Source: an uncultured Candidatus Saccharibacteria bacterium (GTDB lineage Bacteria; Patescibacteriota; Doudnabacteria; UBA920). From it: a stretch of 64,000 nt of DNA. The notes beneath the pieces were generated by a model. The model was not told the origin of the DNA. It saw only the letters and a list, made by a program, of their open reading frames with translations, and did no database searches. The stretch is from positions 4,219-68,218 of the forward strand of contig CAZKVS010000003.1 in NCBI GenBank assembly GCA_964556325.1, written 5' to 3'. Numbering within the stretch: the first letter of the stretch is position 1; every line of letters starts with the position of its first letter. Both the position numbers and the translations under genes were made by a program. Of the stretch, positions 27,361 through 37,362 are shown piece by piece.

Positions 27361-28371
27361 ATGAAATTACTCATTACTGGCGGGGCAGGGTTTATTGGTT
27401 CTAACTTTGCCCGCTATTGGACTACCAACCATCCGGAAGACCAGGTGGTTGTCTTGGATAAACTAACCTATGCCGGCAATATGCAAAATATCGCCGATAT
27501 TGGTTCACGCATTACGTTTATACATGGTGATATTTGCGACACAGATACCGTTCGCGCAGCCATGACTGACTGCACTACGGTTGTGCATTTTGCAGCAGAA
27601 ACTCATGTGGACCGATCCATAACAGGTCCAGATGTATTTATTCAAACAAACGTACTCGGCACTCACACCCTGCTTCGCATAGCTCGAGAACTCGGCGTAG
27701 AACGTTTTCATCATGTGTCCACCGACGAAGTGCTCGGACAACTTCCCTTAGAAACCAATGAACGATGGGACGAGAACTCTCCCTACAACCCCCGCAGTCC
27801 CTACTCAGCGAGCAAAGCCGCGAGCGACCACTTAGTACGGGCATACCATACTACCTACGACCTACCCGTTACCATAAGCAACTGTGCCAACAACTACGGA
27901 CCGTACCTGTATCCAGAAAAACTGCTTTCGCTCGCAATTACAAACCTACTTGAGGGCAAGAAAGTTCCCATATACGGTACCGGCGACCAAGTGCGCGAAT
28001 GGCTCTACGTTGAGGACCACTGCCGCGGCATTGAGGCCATACTCCAAAAAGGCACAGTGGGTGAAACCTATTTTATAGGACCCGGCGAACAACGAGTAAC
28101 CAACTTGGAACTTATATGGAAAGTCTTAAACCTCATGGGCAAAGACGAGAGCAGTTTGGAATTCGTTACAGACCGACCCGGCCATGACCAACGCTATGCC
28201 CTCTCTATAACAAAGATTGAACGAGAGCTTGGCTGGCACCCCGCTGTACAACTTGATGACGGACTGCGAAAAATGATTGACTGGTTCAGTGCGAACGAAG
28301 CCTGGTGGAGACCCATTAAGTCCGGCGAGTATAAAAAATATTACGAACAGCAATATGGCACTAGAGGCTAG
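27361..28371 (+). CDS. rmlB: dTDP-glucose 4,6-dehydratase
   Basis: MKLLITGGAGFIGSNF, YSASKAASDH. Confidence 0.9.
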   Translation: MKLLITGGAGFIGSNFARYWTTNHPEDQVVVLDKLTYAGNMQNIADIGSRITFIHGDICDTDTVRAAMTDCTTVVHFAAETHVDRSITGPDVFIQTNVLGTHTLLRIARELGVERFHHVSTDEVLGQLPLETNERWDENSPYNPRSPYSASKAASDHLVRAYHTTYDLPVTISNCANNYGPYLYPEKLLSLAITNLLEGKKVPIYGTGDQVREWLYVEDHCRGIEAILQKGTVGETYFIGPGEQRVTNLELIWKVLNLMGKDESSLEFVTDRPGHDQRYALSITKIERELGWHPAVQLDDGLRKMIDWFSANEAWWRPIKSGEYKKYYEQQYGTRG

Positions 28372-28403
28372 AATCACGAATTAGGAATTAAGTATTAAGA
28401 ATT

Positions 28404-28979
28404 ATGGCGAACTTACCAACAACAGAAATAGCTACTCGAACAACCGACATACCCGGATTACTTGTCTTCTCTGTAAGTCTCATGGGTGACGAACGAGGTT
28501 GGTTGCAAGAAAAGTTTCAAAAACAAAAGCTTGTCGCAGCCGGCTTACCTCAAGATTTTACACCCGTGCAACACAGTCTCTCTTATAACCAAAAACCTGG
28601 CGTGACCCGCGGCCTACATGCAGAACCCTGGCGCAAGTATGTAGGCGTTATTACCGGTAAAGTCTTTGGCGCGTATGTGGACTTGCGAGAAGGACCCACA
28701 TTCGGAAAAACCGCCTTTGTGACCATTGATCAAACCACAACGGTTTTTATACCGAAAGGCGTAGCCAACTCTTTTCAAAGCATTGAACCGGAGACGTATT
28801 ACTCGTACTTAGTGGACGACTACTGGAGTCAAGAACGCATGCCGGAATACAAATTCCTCAACCTTGCAGACCCCACAGTAGCCATCCCCTGGCCCGTGCC
28901 TCTAAGTGAAGCCATTATATCCGAACGCGATCGGAACCACCCCCTTCTTTCGTCAGTAACTCCTTTTCCGCATGTATAA
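28404..28979 (+). CDS. rmlC: dTDP-4-dehydrorhamnose 3,5-epimerase
   Basis: cupin-fold RmlC-like sequence, 191 aa. Confidence 0.85.
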   Translation: MANLPTTEIATRTTDIPGLLVFSVSLMGDERGWLQEKFQKQKLVAAGLPQDFTPVQHSLSYNQKPGVTRGLHAEPWRKYVGVITGKVFGAYVDLREGPTFGKTAFVTIDQTTTVFIPKGVANSFQSIEPETYYSYLVDDYWSQERMPEYKFLNLADPTVAIPWPVPLSEAIISERDRNHPLLSSVTPFPHV

Positions 28980-29820
28980 CCCCGAAGAAGTTTTAATAAT
29001 CGGTAAAACCGGCCAACTTGCGCAGAGCCTGCAGGAACTTATGCCGAAAGCCCACTGCGTTGGCAGGCCGGAATTCAATATAACTGACCCTCGCACGTAC
29101 GAGTCTATACCCTGGGCTCAATACAAAATTATTATTAATGCGAGCGCCTACAGCAGTGTGGACAATGCGGAAACCCCTGAGGGTAGAAAAGAAGCATGGA
29201 ATGTAAACGCATATGGCGTACGCAACCTTTGCGCCTACGCACTCCAGTACAACATCACCCTAGTTCATGTGTCGACCGACTATGTGTTTGACGGACTCAC
29301 CCCGAACCACCAAGAAACAGAAACAGTCGCGCCACTCAATGTGTACGGACAAAGTAAAGCTGCCGGTGAGTTGACTGTCTCGTTACTGCCAAAGCACTAC
29401 ATAGTTCGAACTCAGTGGCTTATTGGCAACGGCAAAAACTTTGTCCGAACCATGTATGAGCTCGGCAAGAAAGGCGTTTCCCCCACTGTAGTAAACGACC
29501 AGTTTGGCCGCCTTACTTTTACTAATTCGCTTGCAGATTTCATAGCACACCTCCTAGACAAGCAGCACGAATTTGGCACCTATCATTTTAGTAACACCGG
29601 CGCAGTTGCATCGTGGGCAGATATTGCCGCAGAAGTGTTTCGAATTGCAAACTTTAATTCCACCGTATTACCGGTTACGACTGATGAATTTAAAAAAGGC
29701 AAACAACCATTTGCCGACCGGCCTAGCCACTGCGACTTTGACCTGACCAAAATGCTTCAAACCGGCTTTGTGACCCGTGATTGGCAAACAAAGCTTAAGT
29801 TATATGTAGAAAATATATGA
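28972..29820 (+). CDS. rmlD: dTDP-4-dehydrorhamnose reductase
   Basis: VLIIGKTGQLAQSL, VSTDYVFDG. Confidence 0.85.
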   Translation: MYNPEEVLIIGKTGQLAQSLQELMPKAHCVGRPEFNITDPRTYESIPWAQYKIIINASAYSSVDNAETPEGRKEAWNVNAYGVRNLCAYALQYNITLVHVSTDYVFDGLTPNHQETETVAPLNVYGQSKAAGELTVSLLPKHYIVRTQWLIGNGKNFVRTMYELGKKGVSPTVVNDQFGRLTFTNSLADFIAHLLDKQHEFGTYHFSNTGAVASWADIAAEVFRIANFNSTVLPVTTDEFKKGKQPFADRPSHCDFDLTKMLQTGFVTRDWQTKLKLYVENI

Positions 29821-30548
29821 AAGGTATAATCCTCTCCGGCGGAAGCGCCACTCGACTCCGCCCCCTCTCCTATGTCACCAGCAAGCAGCTCATGCCGGTG
29901 TACAATAAACCAATGATTTTTTACCCGCTTCAGAAACTACTTGATGCAGGCATTACGGAAATCATGATTATTGTTGCGCCCGACCACTGTGGTGACTACA
30001 TGAAAGTACTCGGTAGTGGTAAAGACTTTGGCGCAAACGTTCGCTTCACCTATGAAATACAAGACAAGCCAGAAGGTTTGGCGCAAGCTCTCATAATAGC
30101 GGAAAACTTTTTGGATGACGGTGACAACGTAACGCTTTTACTAGGCGATAATATTTTTGAAGACGACCTGTCCACCGATATAAAATCATTTAAAAACGGG
30201 GCAAAAATATTTGTGAAAGAAGTGCCGGAGCAAGACCGCACCCGCTTTGGGATTGTTGAGCTAGATAACAACAACAAAGTTTTGAGCATTGAAGAAAAAC
30301 CGCAACAACCTAAGTCTTCATACGCGCAAACCGGCGCGTACATCTACGACAACCAAGCAGTGGGTGCAGCGAAAGCACAAAAACCTTCCCCGCGGGGCGA
30401 GCTTGAAATAACCGACCTTAACCTCTGGTATTTACAAAAGCAACAACTAGAGGCAGCCATTATTTCCGGTGAATGGATAGATGCAGGTACCTTTGAGTCC
30501 CTTTATCGAGCCAATACCTGGGCGCGAGAGCAAACTTTTAAATCCTAA
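29817..30548 (+). CDS. rmlA: glucose-1-phosphate thymidylyltransferase
   Basis: MKGIILSGGSATRLRPLSYVTSKQLMPVYNKPMIFYPL. Confidence 0.85.
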   Translation: MKGIILSGGSATRLRPLSYVTSKQLMPVYNKPMIFYPLQKLLDAGITEIMIIVAPDHCGDYMKVLGSGKDFGANVRFTYEIQDKPEGLAQALIIAENFLDDGDNVTLLLGDNIFEDDLSTDIKSFKNGAKIFVKEVPEQDRTRFGIVELDNNNKVLSIEEKPQQPKSSYAQTGAYIYDNQAVGAAKAQKPSPRGELEITDLNLWYLQKQQLEAAIISGEWIDAGTFESLYRANTWAREQTFKS

Positions 30549-30552
30549 ATAT

Positions 30553-30588
30553 AAAAAAACCACCACTGCACAGAGTGGTGGTTTTTTA
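30553..30588. terminator. bidirectional terminator aaccaccact-gcacag-agtggtggtt flanked by A7/T6
   Basis: between convergent rmlA and ZIP genes. Confidence 0.6.
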
Positions 30589-30598
30589 TACACGACAA

Positions 30599-31342
30599 CT
30601 AAGCACCATGCGCCAGCATGGCCAGATACCCTGTGAGTACCAGCCCAAGGAACAAGGAACCCAAAATCCTATACGAATACTTGTGTCCGGCTCGGTCTTG
30701 TACCTCCGGAATTAAATCGCAGGTCGCTATGTATATAAACACCCCTGCAACAATGGCCAACAGATATGGCAAATAGCCTGCCAACCAAGTGCCGCCATAG
30801 TATCCAATACCAATACCTACCAAACTGAGCAAAGAAGACGCTACGTTCACCCAAATAACTCTTGCCTTAGACCAGCCACGGTCCAACAAAATACTAAAAT
30901 CGCCAATCTCCTGAGGTAGCTCGTGCGCGGCAATAGCCAGCGCGGTAGGCAGTCCAAGCGCGGGGTTGGCTACATATACCAAAGCAATCACAATGCCGTC
31001 AAGCAGGTTGTGAAAACTATCACCTATCACTACCAACCAGGCAATGGCTTCCGTATGCTCACTATGTTCCGCTCCATGGACATGGAACTTTTGAATAAGA
31101 AAGCGCTCCAGGGCAAAAAACAGAAAAAAGCCAAACAGCACTGCTGCGAAAACCAAATGCGGCTCAGTTACCGCTTCCACCGCTTCCGGCAACAAATCCA
31201 AAAAACTTACTCCTAAAAAACTACCGGCGGCAAAAGCAAGTAGTGGAATCATTATTTTCTTAGCCAAGTCAGCCCGCCACACCAGCGCAATACCGCCAAC
31301 TAAAGAAAATAATCCTGCAATTAAACCATATACAATTAACAT
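30599..31342 (-). CDS. ZIP-family metal (Zn/Fe) transporter
   Basis: HELPQEIGDFSILL, His-rich loop. Confidence 0.8.
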   Translation of the reverse strand: MLIVYGLIAGLFSLVGGIALVWRADLAKKIMIPLLAFAAGSFLGVSFLDLLPEAVEAVTEPHLVFAAVLFGFFLFFALERFLIQKFHVHGAEHSEHTEAIAWLVVIGDSFHNLLDGIVIALVYVANPALGLPTALAIAAHELPQEIGDFSILLDRGWSKARVIWVNVASSLLSLVGIGIGYYGGTWLAGYLPYLLAIVAGVFIYIATCDLIPEVQDRAGHKYSYRILGSLFLGLVLTGYLAMLAHGA

Positions 31343-31425
31343 ACAATATACTATTAGACTATTGCTTATTATTGTACCAAAAAACTACCCAAATAAACAT
31401 ATTCCAAAAAATCACTGCCTCTGCC

Positions 31426-32283
31426 TCAAAATACAAACACTATGTGCCTCTTTCGGTACGCTTCAATAGCTTCACGAATGAGGTTCATAAGTTCATTCTC
31501 TACTTCAGATTTTAATTTTATAAGATCCTCACTTACCGATACATGCCTGTAAGCGGGATACCTACCGCCCTCACTACTGAGAACCTTGACTTGCCCGTTG
31601 AATAGCAAATCCATCTTTCGCGTCTGGCCGTCTATCTCTGTGGGGTGTAAGTGTATTTTGGTGAATTTGTTTAGCACTTCCTGCTGTTCTTTCGAGAGAA
31701 ACCGAAGTACAGCGTTGTTTACCCCGACTATTTTTTTTGAAAAAGCGTAATACTGTATGGCAACAGGTGGTATGTCATAATGCCACTCAAACCCATGATT
31801 TTCTGCAACCATAGTAAATACAACCCTATCCAACTTCTTATCTGCAGGCAATGCGCCAACCAAGAGTCGTGCAGATGCGCTGGCTGAGTTGGCTTGCCAT
31901 ATTTCATCGTCTACAAATAATACTCGGGAAGGTGCGCGCCCTGCCAATTGTTCCACCGCTGTGGGCAATAGCGCACTGTTATCAAATAAGCCCAGGCGCT
32001 CATTATTTGGGTCCACATAGCGCTGCACCGGAAGCAGCAACTTTGGTGGCACCTGTTTTTCTAAGACTTTATAAAAAAGCTCGGTAAAATAAACCATAAC
32101 CGCACCTGAGTCACCGGGGCCAACTAACAAATCATAGTCATTCCCTTCCTCAACGCATAAACGATACAGCAATGCTATATATCTTTTAAAAACATGTTGC
32201 GCAATTATGGGAGAAAAAGGCTGCCTCCCATGCACCACTTCTTTTAACAAACTGTCTCCGGATAAAACCGCTTGTTCACTCAT
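31426..32283 (-). CDS. hypothetical protein with phosphoribosyltransferase-like motif
   Basis: VLFVDDEIWQANSASAS resembles a PRTase PRPP-binding loop. Confidence 0.4.
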   Translation of the reverse strand: MSEQAVLSGDSLLKEVVHGRQPFSPIIAQHVFKRYIALLYRLCVEEGNDYDLLVGPGDSGAVMVYFTELFYKVLEKQVPPKLLLPVQRYVDPNNERLGLFDNSALLPTAVEQLAGRAPSRVLFVDDEIWQANSASASARLLVGALPADKKLDRVVFTMVAENHGFEWHYDIPPVAIQYYAFSKKIVGVNNAVLRFLSKEQQEVLNKFTKIHLHPTEIDGQTRKMDLLFNGQVKVLSSEGGRYPAYRHVSVSEDLIKLKSEVENELMNLIREAIEAYRKRHIVFVF

Positions 32284-32298
32284 ACCCTATACTCCTCG

Positions 32299-33600
32299 CT
32301 AAATAAATGAATACAATAACCAAAACAATAAAGCTAAATCGTTTTTAAAATATGGAATGTCCACCAAACCATGGACCACGAGCGCGATACAGGCAAGAGC
32401 CAAGCCAAGGGCAAGTTGGTTTTTCCTGTTTTGCCACCCTCGCTTAAGCGCCAGGACAATAAGCCCAAAGAAAGATACCAGTCCAAGCAAGCCAGTGTCT
32501 ACCCAAAAATTCAAAACAATATTATGCGGAGCCGGATAGTGCTCTAGGCCTGGGTCCGTGTTGTACTTAGTCCAGTTGTTACTGAACCCAAGTATGCCTT
32601 TACCTACAAGAGGACTATCTTCCACCATATGCCAACCCGTACGCCACAAAGAAAAACGCGCCACACTAGATTTTTCACCCTGGAAAGGAAGCAACACTCG
32701 ATACCGAAAATTCGGTACAGCTAATACAACTATCAGACTGCACGCAAAAAGGACGGCCGTCCCTTTTAAGTACCAACGATTTCCAGAAACTAATACGAAT
32801 ACACCAATGGCTGCAGCCAACCCTAACCAACCACCGCGTGATAAGGATAGTAAAAGACCGACGGCGCCGAGAAGCCACGCAGCCGTAGTGAACAGTGTAT
32901 AGTGTACAGTGGACAGCTTGGATTGAAAATTTGGTCTTGCATCTATTCTGTTCACTGACCACTGTTCACTGACCACTGGTATTAAAAATCCCAGCAATGG
33001 CGTAACGAACAGGGCGTAAAAATTTGGGTGCAAAAAGAACGCCACTGCCCGCTTTGGCTCCTGCGCATTTCCCCACCAGGCAGTTGGTACACCAATGAGA
33101 GTGAAATATTGGATAATGGCGTAGAGGCCGGCAACTGATACAAAGAGCAAGGCCGCTTGTGTCAGTAAATTTCCAATTTCTAACCTGCCTCGCCCGACGC
33201 GAGTCAAGGCGGGTTGCCAATTTCTAATGGAACCCAGGTAATGGACTATAACAAAGGTGCCGATGGGTTGCAGGAAGAGAACAATAAACTGGCCAAGTTT
33301 TTCTTGAGAGAAACCGCCCACGAAGAGAGAGGCCGTTCCCGCCAGAACAAATATAGTAAGCAGTAAGCAGTAAGCAGTAAGCAGCTCGGAACGAAGCCAA
33401 GCGAAAAATTCAAAAAATCGGGAGGTAGACGCAATCCATATAACAAACACTAACCACAGCAAAAAAAGCCAGACCATTAAAAGATTGGTAGGTAAACCAA
33501 GGAGGTTAAACCGCACCACATACGTGGGCGCGAGTAACAAGGTCAATGCTAACAAATACTGCATATACATAGAGTACCACGGGAAAACCCACTCCGCCAC
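32299..33600 (-). CDS. O-antigen ligase/polymerase (Wzy_C)-like polytopic membrane protein
   Basis: 433 aa, >10 TM; LLLSLSRGGWLGLAAAIGVFVL loop. Confidence 0.6.
   Translation of the reverse strand: MAEWVFPWYSMYMQYLLALTLLLAPTYVVRFNLLGLPTNLLMVWLFLLWLVFVIWIASTSRFFEFFAWLRSELLTAYCLLLTIFVLAGTASLFVGGFSQEKLGQFIVLFLQPIGTFVIVHYLGSIRNWQPALTRVGRGRLEIGNLLTQAALLFVSVAGLYAIIQYFTLIGVPTAWWGNAQEPKRAVAFFLHPNFYALFVTPLLGFLIPVVSEQWSVNRIDARPNFQSKLSTVHYTLFTTAAWLLGAVGLLLSLSRGGWLGLAAAIGVFVLVSGNRWYLKGTAVLFACSLIVVLAVPNFRYRVLLPFQGEKSSVARFSLWRTGWHMVEDSPLVGKGILGFSNNWTKYNTDPGLEHYPAPHNIVLNFWVDTGLLGLVSFFGLIVLALKRGWQNRKNQLALGLALACIALVVHGLVDIPYFKNDLALLFWLLYSFI
33355..33382. repeat. (AGTAAGC)x4 perfect heptanucleotide tandem repeat inside the Wzy-like CDS
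   Basis: read directly: agtaagcagtaagcagtaagcagtaagc. Confidence 0.85.
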
Positions 33601-33637
33601 ACTTGAAGAACTGTTCTATTTCCTATACGGTTACCTT

Positions 33638-34162
33638 ATGAATGAAGCGGCTTTTACTAAAATTTGCGGACTGTTCGACGCACTATCTATGCCCTACCAA
33701 GCCTGCGTACATGAAGTATGCAGAACAAGCGAAGAATCGGCCCGAGTACGTAAAGCAGCCGGACTGCCCGACGCCATTGGCGCCAAAGCCCTCCTTTGCA
33801 AAGTAGACTGGCGAGGAGACGCTCCAGCAGAATTTATTACCTTTGTCCTGCCGGGCACGCACACGCTCGATAAAATAAAACTCAAACAAGCCTTGCCGGA
33901 ATTGAAACAGTTCCGCTTTGCTACCGCGGAAGAACTTACGAACCTTGCCGGCGTAGTGCCCGGCTGCATGCCGCCGTTTGGCCAGCAAATATTTACCGGT
34001 ATTGCAAAACTCTACGTGAGCAGTCACATTCAAAACTTTGAACGCGTAGCGTTCAACGCCGCAAAACTTGATACCAGCATAGTGCTACTTACCACCGATT
34101 ACATACGAGCGGTTGCTGCGGATGCGATTTTTGACTTCTCTTCACCAAAACAGGCAACATAA
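33638..34162 (+). CDS. YbaK/ProX-type aminoacyl-tRNA deacylase domain protein
   Basis: VPGCMPPFG motif; start moved to ATG 33638 to avoid overlap with the Wzy-like gene. Confidence 0.55.
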   Translation: MNEAAFTKICGLFDALSMPYQACVHEVCRTSEESARVRKAAGLPDAIGAKALLCKVDWRGDAPAEFITFVLPGTHTLDKIKLKQALPELKQFRFATAEELTNLAGVVPGCMPPFGQQIFTGIAKLYVSSHIQNFERVAFNAAKLDTSIVLLTTDYIRAVAADAIFDFSSPKQAT

Positions 34163-34164
34163 AT

Positions 34165-34797
34165 CTACACCAGCTTTTTGCCGCCCTTCGTCCATTCCAA
34201 AATGGTACCCGCAGCTATTTCTATAGGCTCCGCCGGACGAAACCATTTTTCTTGCGTCTTGCTGAATAAAAAATAATGTCTTGCTTCATCTAACGCGACA
34301 GGAATTTCCCACACGTCCTCCACGCTAGTCTCCCACTTAACGGAGTCGAAGCGCGCTAAATTAAAGGGAACAGAGTATTCCCGCAGGTTCTTTTTTCCAG
34401 TTGTATTTTCAAAATATTCATGAAAAAAAGAAAGCGCTAGCTCGCGAAGAGTTTTATATATTGGTTCGCGATACCGAAGTACCGCATGGTTTGTCTTACT
34501 TATTGCACCCCAGTATCCACCGGCTTGGAATAACGCGACCACATGGTCTTGGTCCGGCCGCTTTGCGCGTAAATCCATAACCAATGGACGAGCACCGTGA
34601 AAACGTAACACACTTGCTGCAAACATTGCGCCCTCCATACAGTGCGCTGTCCCCGTCTCCACCACTCGCAACGGCGACATGCATGTCTCGCCGGTACGTT
34701 CAAAGTTGGCCGGTAATGTATTTAAATAGTCCTGAATTTTCGCAGGATTATTGAGCTTGGTATACAACCGAATTAAATGGTGCGGAAGAATAGACAT
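34165..34797 (-). CDS. hypothetical protein (possible Cys/His/Asp hydrolase fold)
   Basis: 210-aa ORF; conserved-looking CMEGAMF / DHVVALF segments. Confidence 0.4.
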   Translation of the reverse strand: MSILPHHLIRLYTKLNNPAKIQDYLNTLPANFERTGETCMSPLRVVETGTAHCMEGAMFAASVLRFHGARPLVMDLRAKRPDQDHVVALFQAGGYWGAISKTNHAVLRYREPIYKTLRELALSFFHEYFENTTGKKNLREYSVPFNLARFDSVKWETSVEDVWEIPVALDEARHYFLFSKTQEKWFRPAEPIEIAAGTILEWTKGGKKLV

Positions 34798-34822
34798 CTA
34801 CTTATACTATAGCAAACCCGAC

Positions 34823-36358
34823 ATGGTACAATACAGCAGTATGCAAATCTTTCACTCAAAAATATATTTCCTGAGCACAGGACTTTTAGTAGGTATGTGC
34901 AGCATGGGCCTAGAGCTCTGTGCGAGTAGGCTACTTGCTCCTCACTTTGGCACTTCCGTTGTGGTCTGGACAAACGTAATAGGAGTAGTCTTGCTTTCCT
35001 TAAGCCTCGGTTATTATTTAGGCGGTAAACTTGCCGAACGCCAAAGCAACACGCGGATACTTGCCTGGCTTCTCTACACAGGCAGTGTATTGACGCTTTT
35101 CATACCGCTTGTTGCCCCATTCTTGCTTCAATCGGTATTTATTCGTTATGGTTCACCTCATATTATACTCACCCTCTTACTTGGCCCACTTATAGCGAGC
35201 ATAGTGCTTTTTGGGTTACCGGTTTTTCTTATGGGTACTATAAGCCCTTACCTACTTACACTTCTGACCCAAAAATTTGGCCATGTAGGTAGCACTTCGG
35301 GCCAACTCTTTGCCTTATCTACTATAGGCGGACTACTGGGTACATTTCTGCCCACACTCCTACTCGTTCCTTGGCTCGGCACACGCGTAACTATTACACT
35401 CTTTGGCCTACTTCTCGGACTCATAAGCTTGCCACATCTAGGAGCAAAAAAGAGGATTATCCAGGCCGCCATTGCGTTAGCACTACTCACCGCAGCACAA
35501 ATACTCCTCCCCCAAAACACAACAGAAGTTGCGTCAGCAGAAACTGCCTACCAACGAGTGGCCATTAACAGCCCTCGCCAAGGCCTCCACTACTTACAGC
35601 TAGACGCCGGCTTCGGCGTCCAGTCTGTCTACGACCCTGAGTCCATACTCACCGGCTATTATTACGACTATGCATCCCTGCTTCCCTATCTTCTGAACCG
35701 AGATTTAAAAAAAGAGCCGGCACAGGTGCTCATTGTGGGCTTGGCCGGAGGAACCATTGCAAGACAAATGCATTATTTCTTTGACTCAGAAGTCTCACTC
35801 CATGGTGTTGAGCTAGATCCGGGAGTTACGCGTATGGCAAATGACTATATGGGTTTACGAGATACGCCAATACAAATCACCCATGGCGACGGCAGACAAG
35901 TACTCGCAGAAGACACAAACACATACGACATAATTATAGTTGACACCTATTTTAACGACCTACAAATACCCTGGACCATGACTACAGAGGAATTTTGGCG
36001 TGTCGTACAAAATCACTTAAAACCTGACGGTATTGCTGCCATGAACATAGCCGCACTCGGAGCAAGTAAAAGCGCATTGGCGGATGCGATAACAAACACT
36101 CAAGCCCATGTGTTCCCGTACGTGTACGAGGCCAAGTTAAAAGAAGGCAAAAATTCCAACCACTTAGTTATTTTAAGCAGCACCAATCCTAATGCTACAG
36201 TACGCTTCAGCGCTCTTCCACCTTCAGAGATTGCCCCGCTTGGAGAACTACTGGCGCATGAATTAACACGAATCAGTCCAAATTCAATAGTAGCCACGCT
36301 GACCGATGACAAAGCACCTATAGAATGGCTTATGGCACGCGACGGACTCTCTCACTAA
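34823..36358 (+). CDS. spermidine-synthase-like aminopropyltransferase fused to N-terminal polytopic membrane domain
   Basis: VLIVGLAGGTIARQM..GVELDPGV..IIIVDTY; start set at ATG 34823. Confidence 0.6.
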   Translation: MVQYSSMQIFHSKIYFLSTGLLVGMCSMGLELCASRLLAPHFGTSVVVWTNVIGVVLLSLSLGYYLGGKLAERQSNTRILAWLLYTGSVLTLFIPLVAPFLLQSVFIRYGSPHIILTLLLGPLIASIVLFGLPVFLMGTISPYLLTLLTQKFGHVGSTSGQLFALSTIGGLLGTFLPTLLLVPWLGTRVTITLFGLLLGLISLPHLGAKKRIIQAAIALALLTAAQILLPQNTTEVASAETAYQRVAINSPRQGLHYLQLDAGFGVQSVYDPESILTGYYYDYASLLPYLLNRDLKKEPAQVLIVGLAGGTIARQMHYFFDSEVSLHGVELDPGVTRMANDYMGLRDTPIQITHGDGRQVLAEDTNTYDIIIVDTYFNDLQIPWTMTTEEFWRVVQNHLKPDGIAAMNIAALGASKSALADAITNTQAHVFPYVYEAKLKEGKNSNHLVILSSTNPNATVRFSALPPSEIAPLGELLAHELTRISPNSIVATLTDDKAPIEWLMARDGLSH

Positions 36359-36368
36359 AATCTATACA

Positions 36369-36944
36369 CTATTTAAAACGGACCGGCACACGGACACTTG
36401 CGTCCAAATCAGACAACCCGGAAGGGTTGTCTTTTGCAAACTCAACAAAACCCGTCTCAGTCCGGAGTGCGGTAAATGAAAGCGTTACTGTAAACGGAAC
36501 ATAGTCTATGGTTTGCCAGTCTGCACCTGCACGCGCTTGGGTTTCCGCAATAACATTTCCCTGCGCGTCTAGTACACGCACCGGGAAACTCGCCTCAAAA
36601 AACCAGGTACCGAGTGCTTTACCATGCAACACGGTAGGACTTGTAACATACGCATTAGCCGGTAGAGCCTCTAGCACAACGGGCGTGCTCTCTGTAGCTA
36701 CCGGTACGTCCTCGGCATTTTCTACAAAAGCAATTTTACCTGCCTGACATCGACGCGGCTGACTCTCTTGTACCGGATAACCCTGTGTTACACATTCTGC
36801 AAAAGAATGTGGCCTTACTGCCAAGTTAACCGGTAAAGGGTCCGGCGTAACTACGGAACTTTGCCCTACACGCTGAGACGTGTACAAAGCAAGCGCGCCA
36901 ACCCCAACCAATACTATACCCGCAACCAGATAGTGTTTCTTCAT
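36369..36944 (-). CDS. secreted/membrane-anchored hypothetical protein
   Basis: N-terminal signal/TM MKKHYLVAGIVLVGVGALALY. Confidence 0.4.
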   Translation of the reverse strand: MKKHYLVAGIVLVGVGALALYTSQRVGQSSVVTPDPLPVNLAVRPHSFAECVTQGYPVQESQPRRCQAGKIAFVENAEDVPVATESTPVVLEALPANAYVTSPTVLHGKALGTWFFEASFPVRVLDAQGNVIAETQARAGADWQTIDYVPFTVTLSFTALRTETGFVEFAKDNPSGLSDLDASVRVPVRFK

Positions 36945-37360
36945 ACTCTACGTTTTCTACTACTGAAAGCGGTTGTTATAACCGAAACAAATCCGCACAA
37001 TATAACACCCCATACTACATCTACAACTGCCAATACCAAAGGCCATTGCCGCATGAGAGCTACGTTAGTGCCGTTATACACCCCATACACCACTAGACCA
37101 AACATCGCACCCCATACAAAAGACGAAAACAAAAAGCGACTCGCCCGCGGCACTACAAACATAACCATTCCCATCGCCAACAAAGTGTATGTAATGAGCG
37201 CTGGCATCCAATGTATTCCCGCCTGCATTGAACCAGCTGGCAACAAAAGGGACTCCAAGCGCGTCCGGTAAAATGTGCGCATGACCACTCCAAGCCACAA
37301 GTAATCCAAGGCTCCAAACGCTACTCCGGCTACTACAATACGCTTTACCAGTTCTAGCAT
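36941..37360 (-). CDS. small polytopic membrane protein (hypothetical)
   Basis: 139 aa, 4 predicted TM. Confidence 0.4.
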   Translation of the reverse strand: MLELVKRIVVAGVAFGALDYLWLGVVMRTFYRTRLESLLLPAGSMQAGIHWMPALITYTLLAMGMVMFVVPRASRFLFSSFVWGAMFGLVVYGVYNGTNVALMRQWPLVLAVVDVVWGVILCGFVSVITTAFSSRKRRV

Positions 37361-37362
37361 AT

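Noticed and set aside
33485-33637. N-terminal 50 codons of the YbaK-like ORF as called by the ORF track
   Set aside because: It overlaps the Wzy-like gene on the opposite strand, and the deacylase domain begins after the internal Met.
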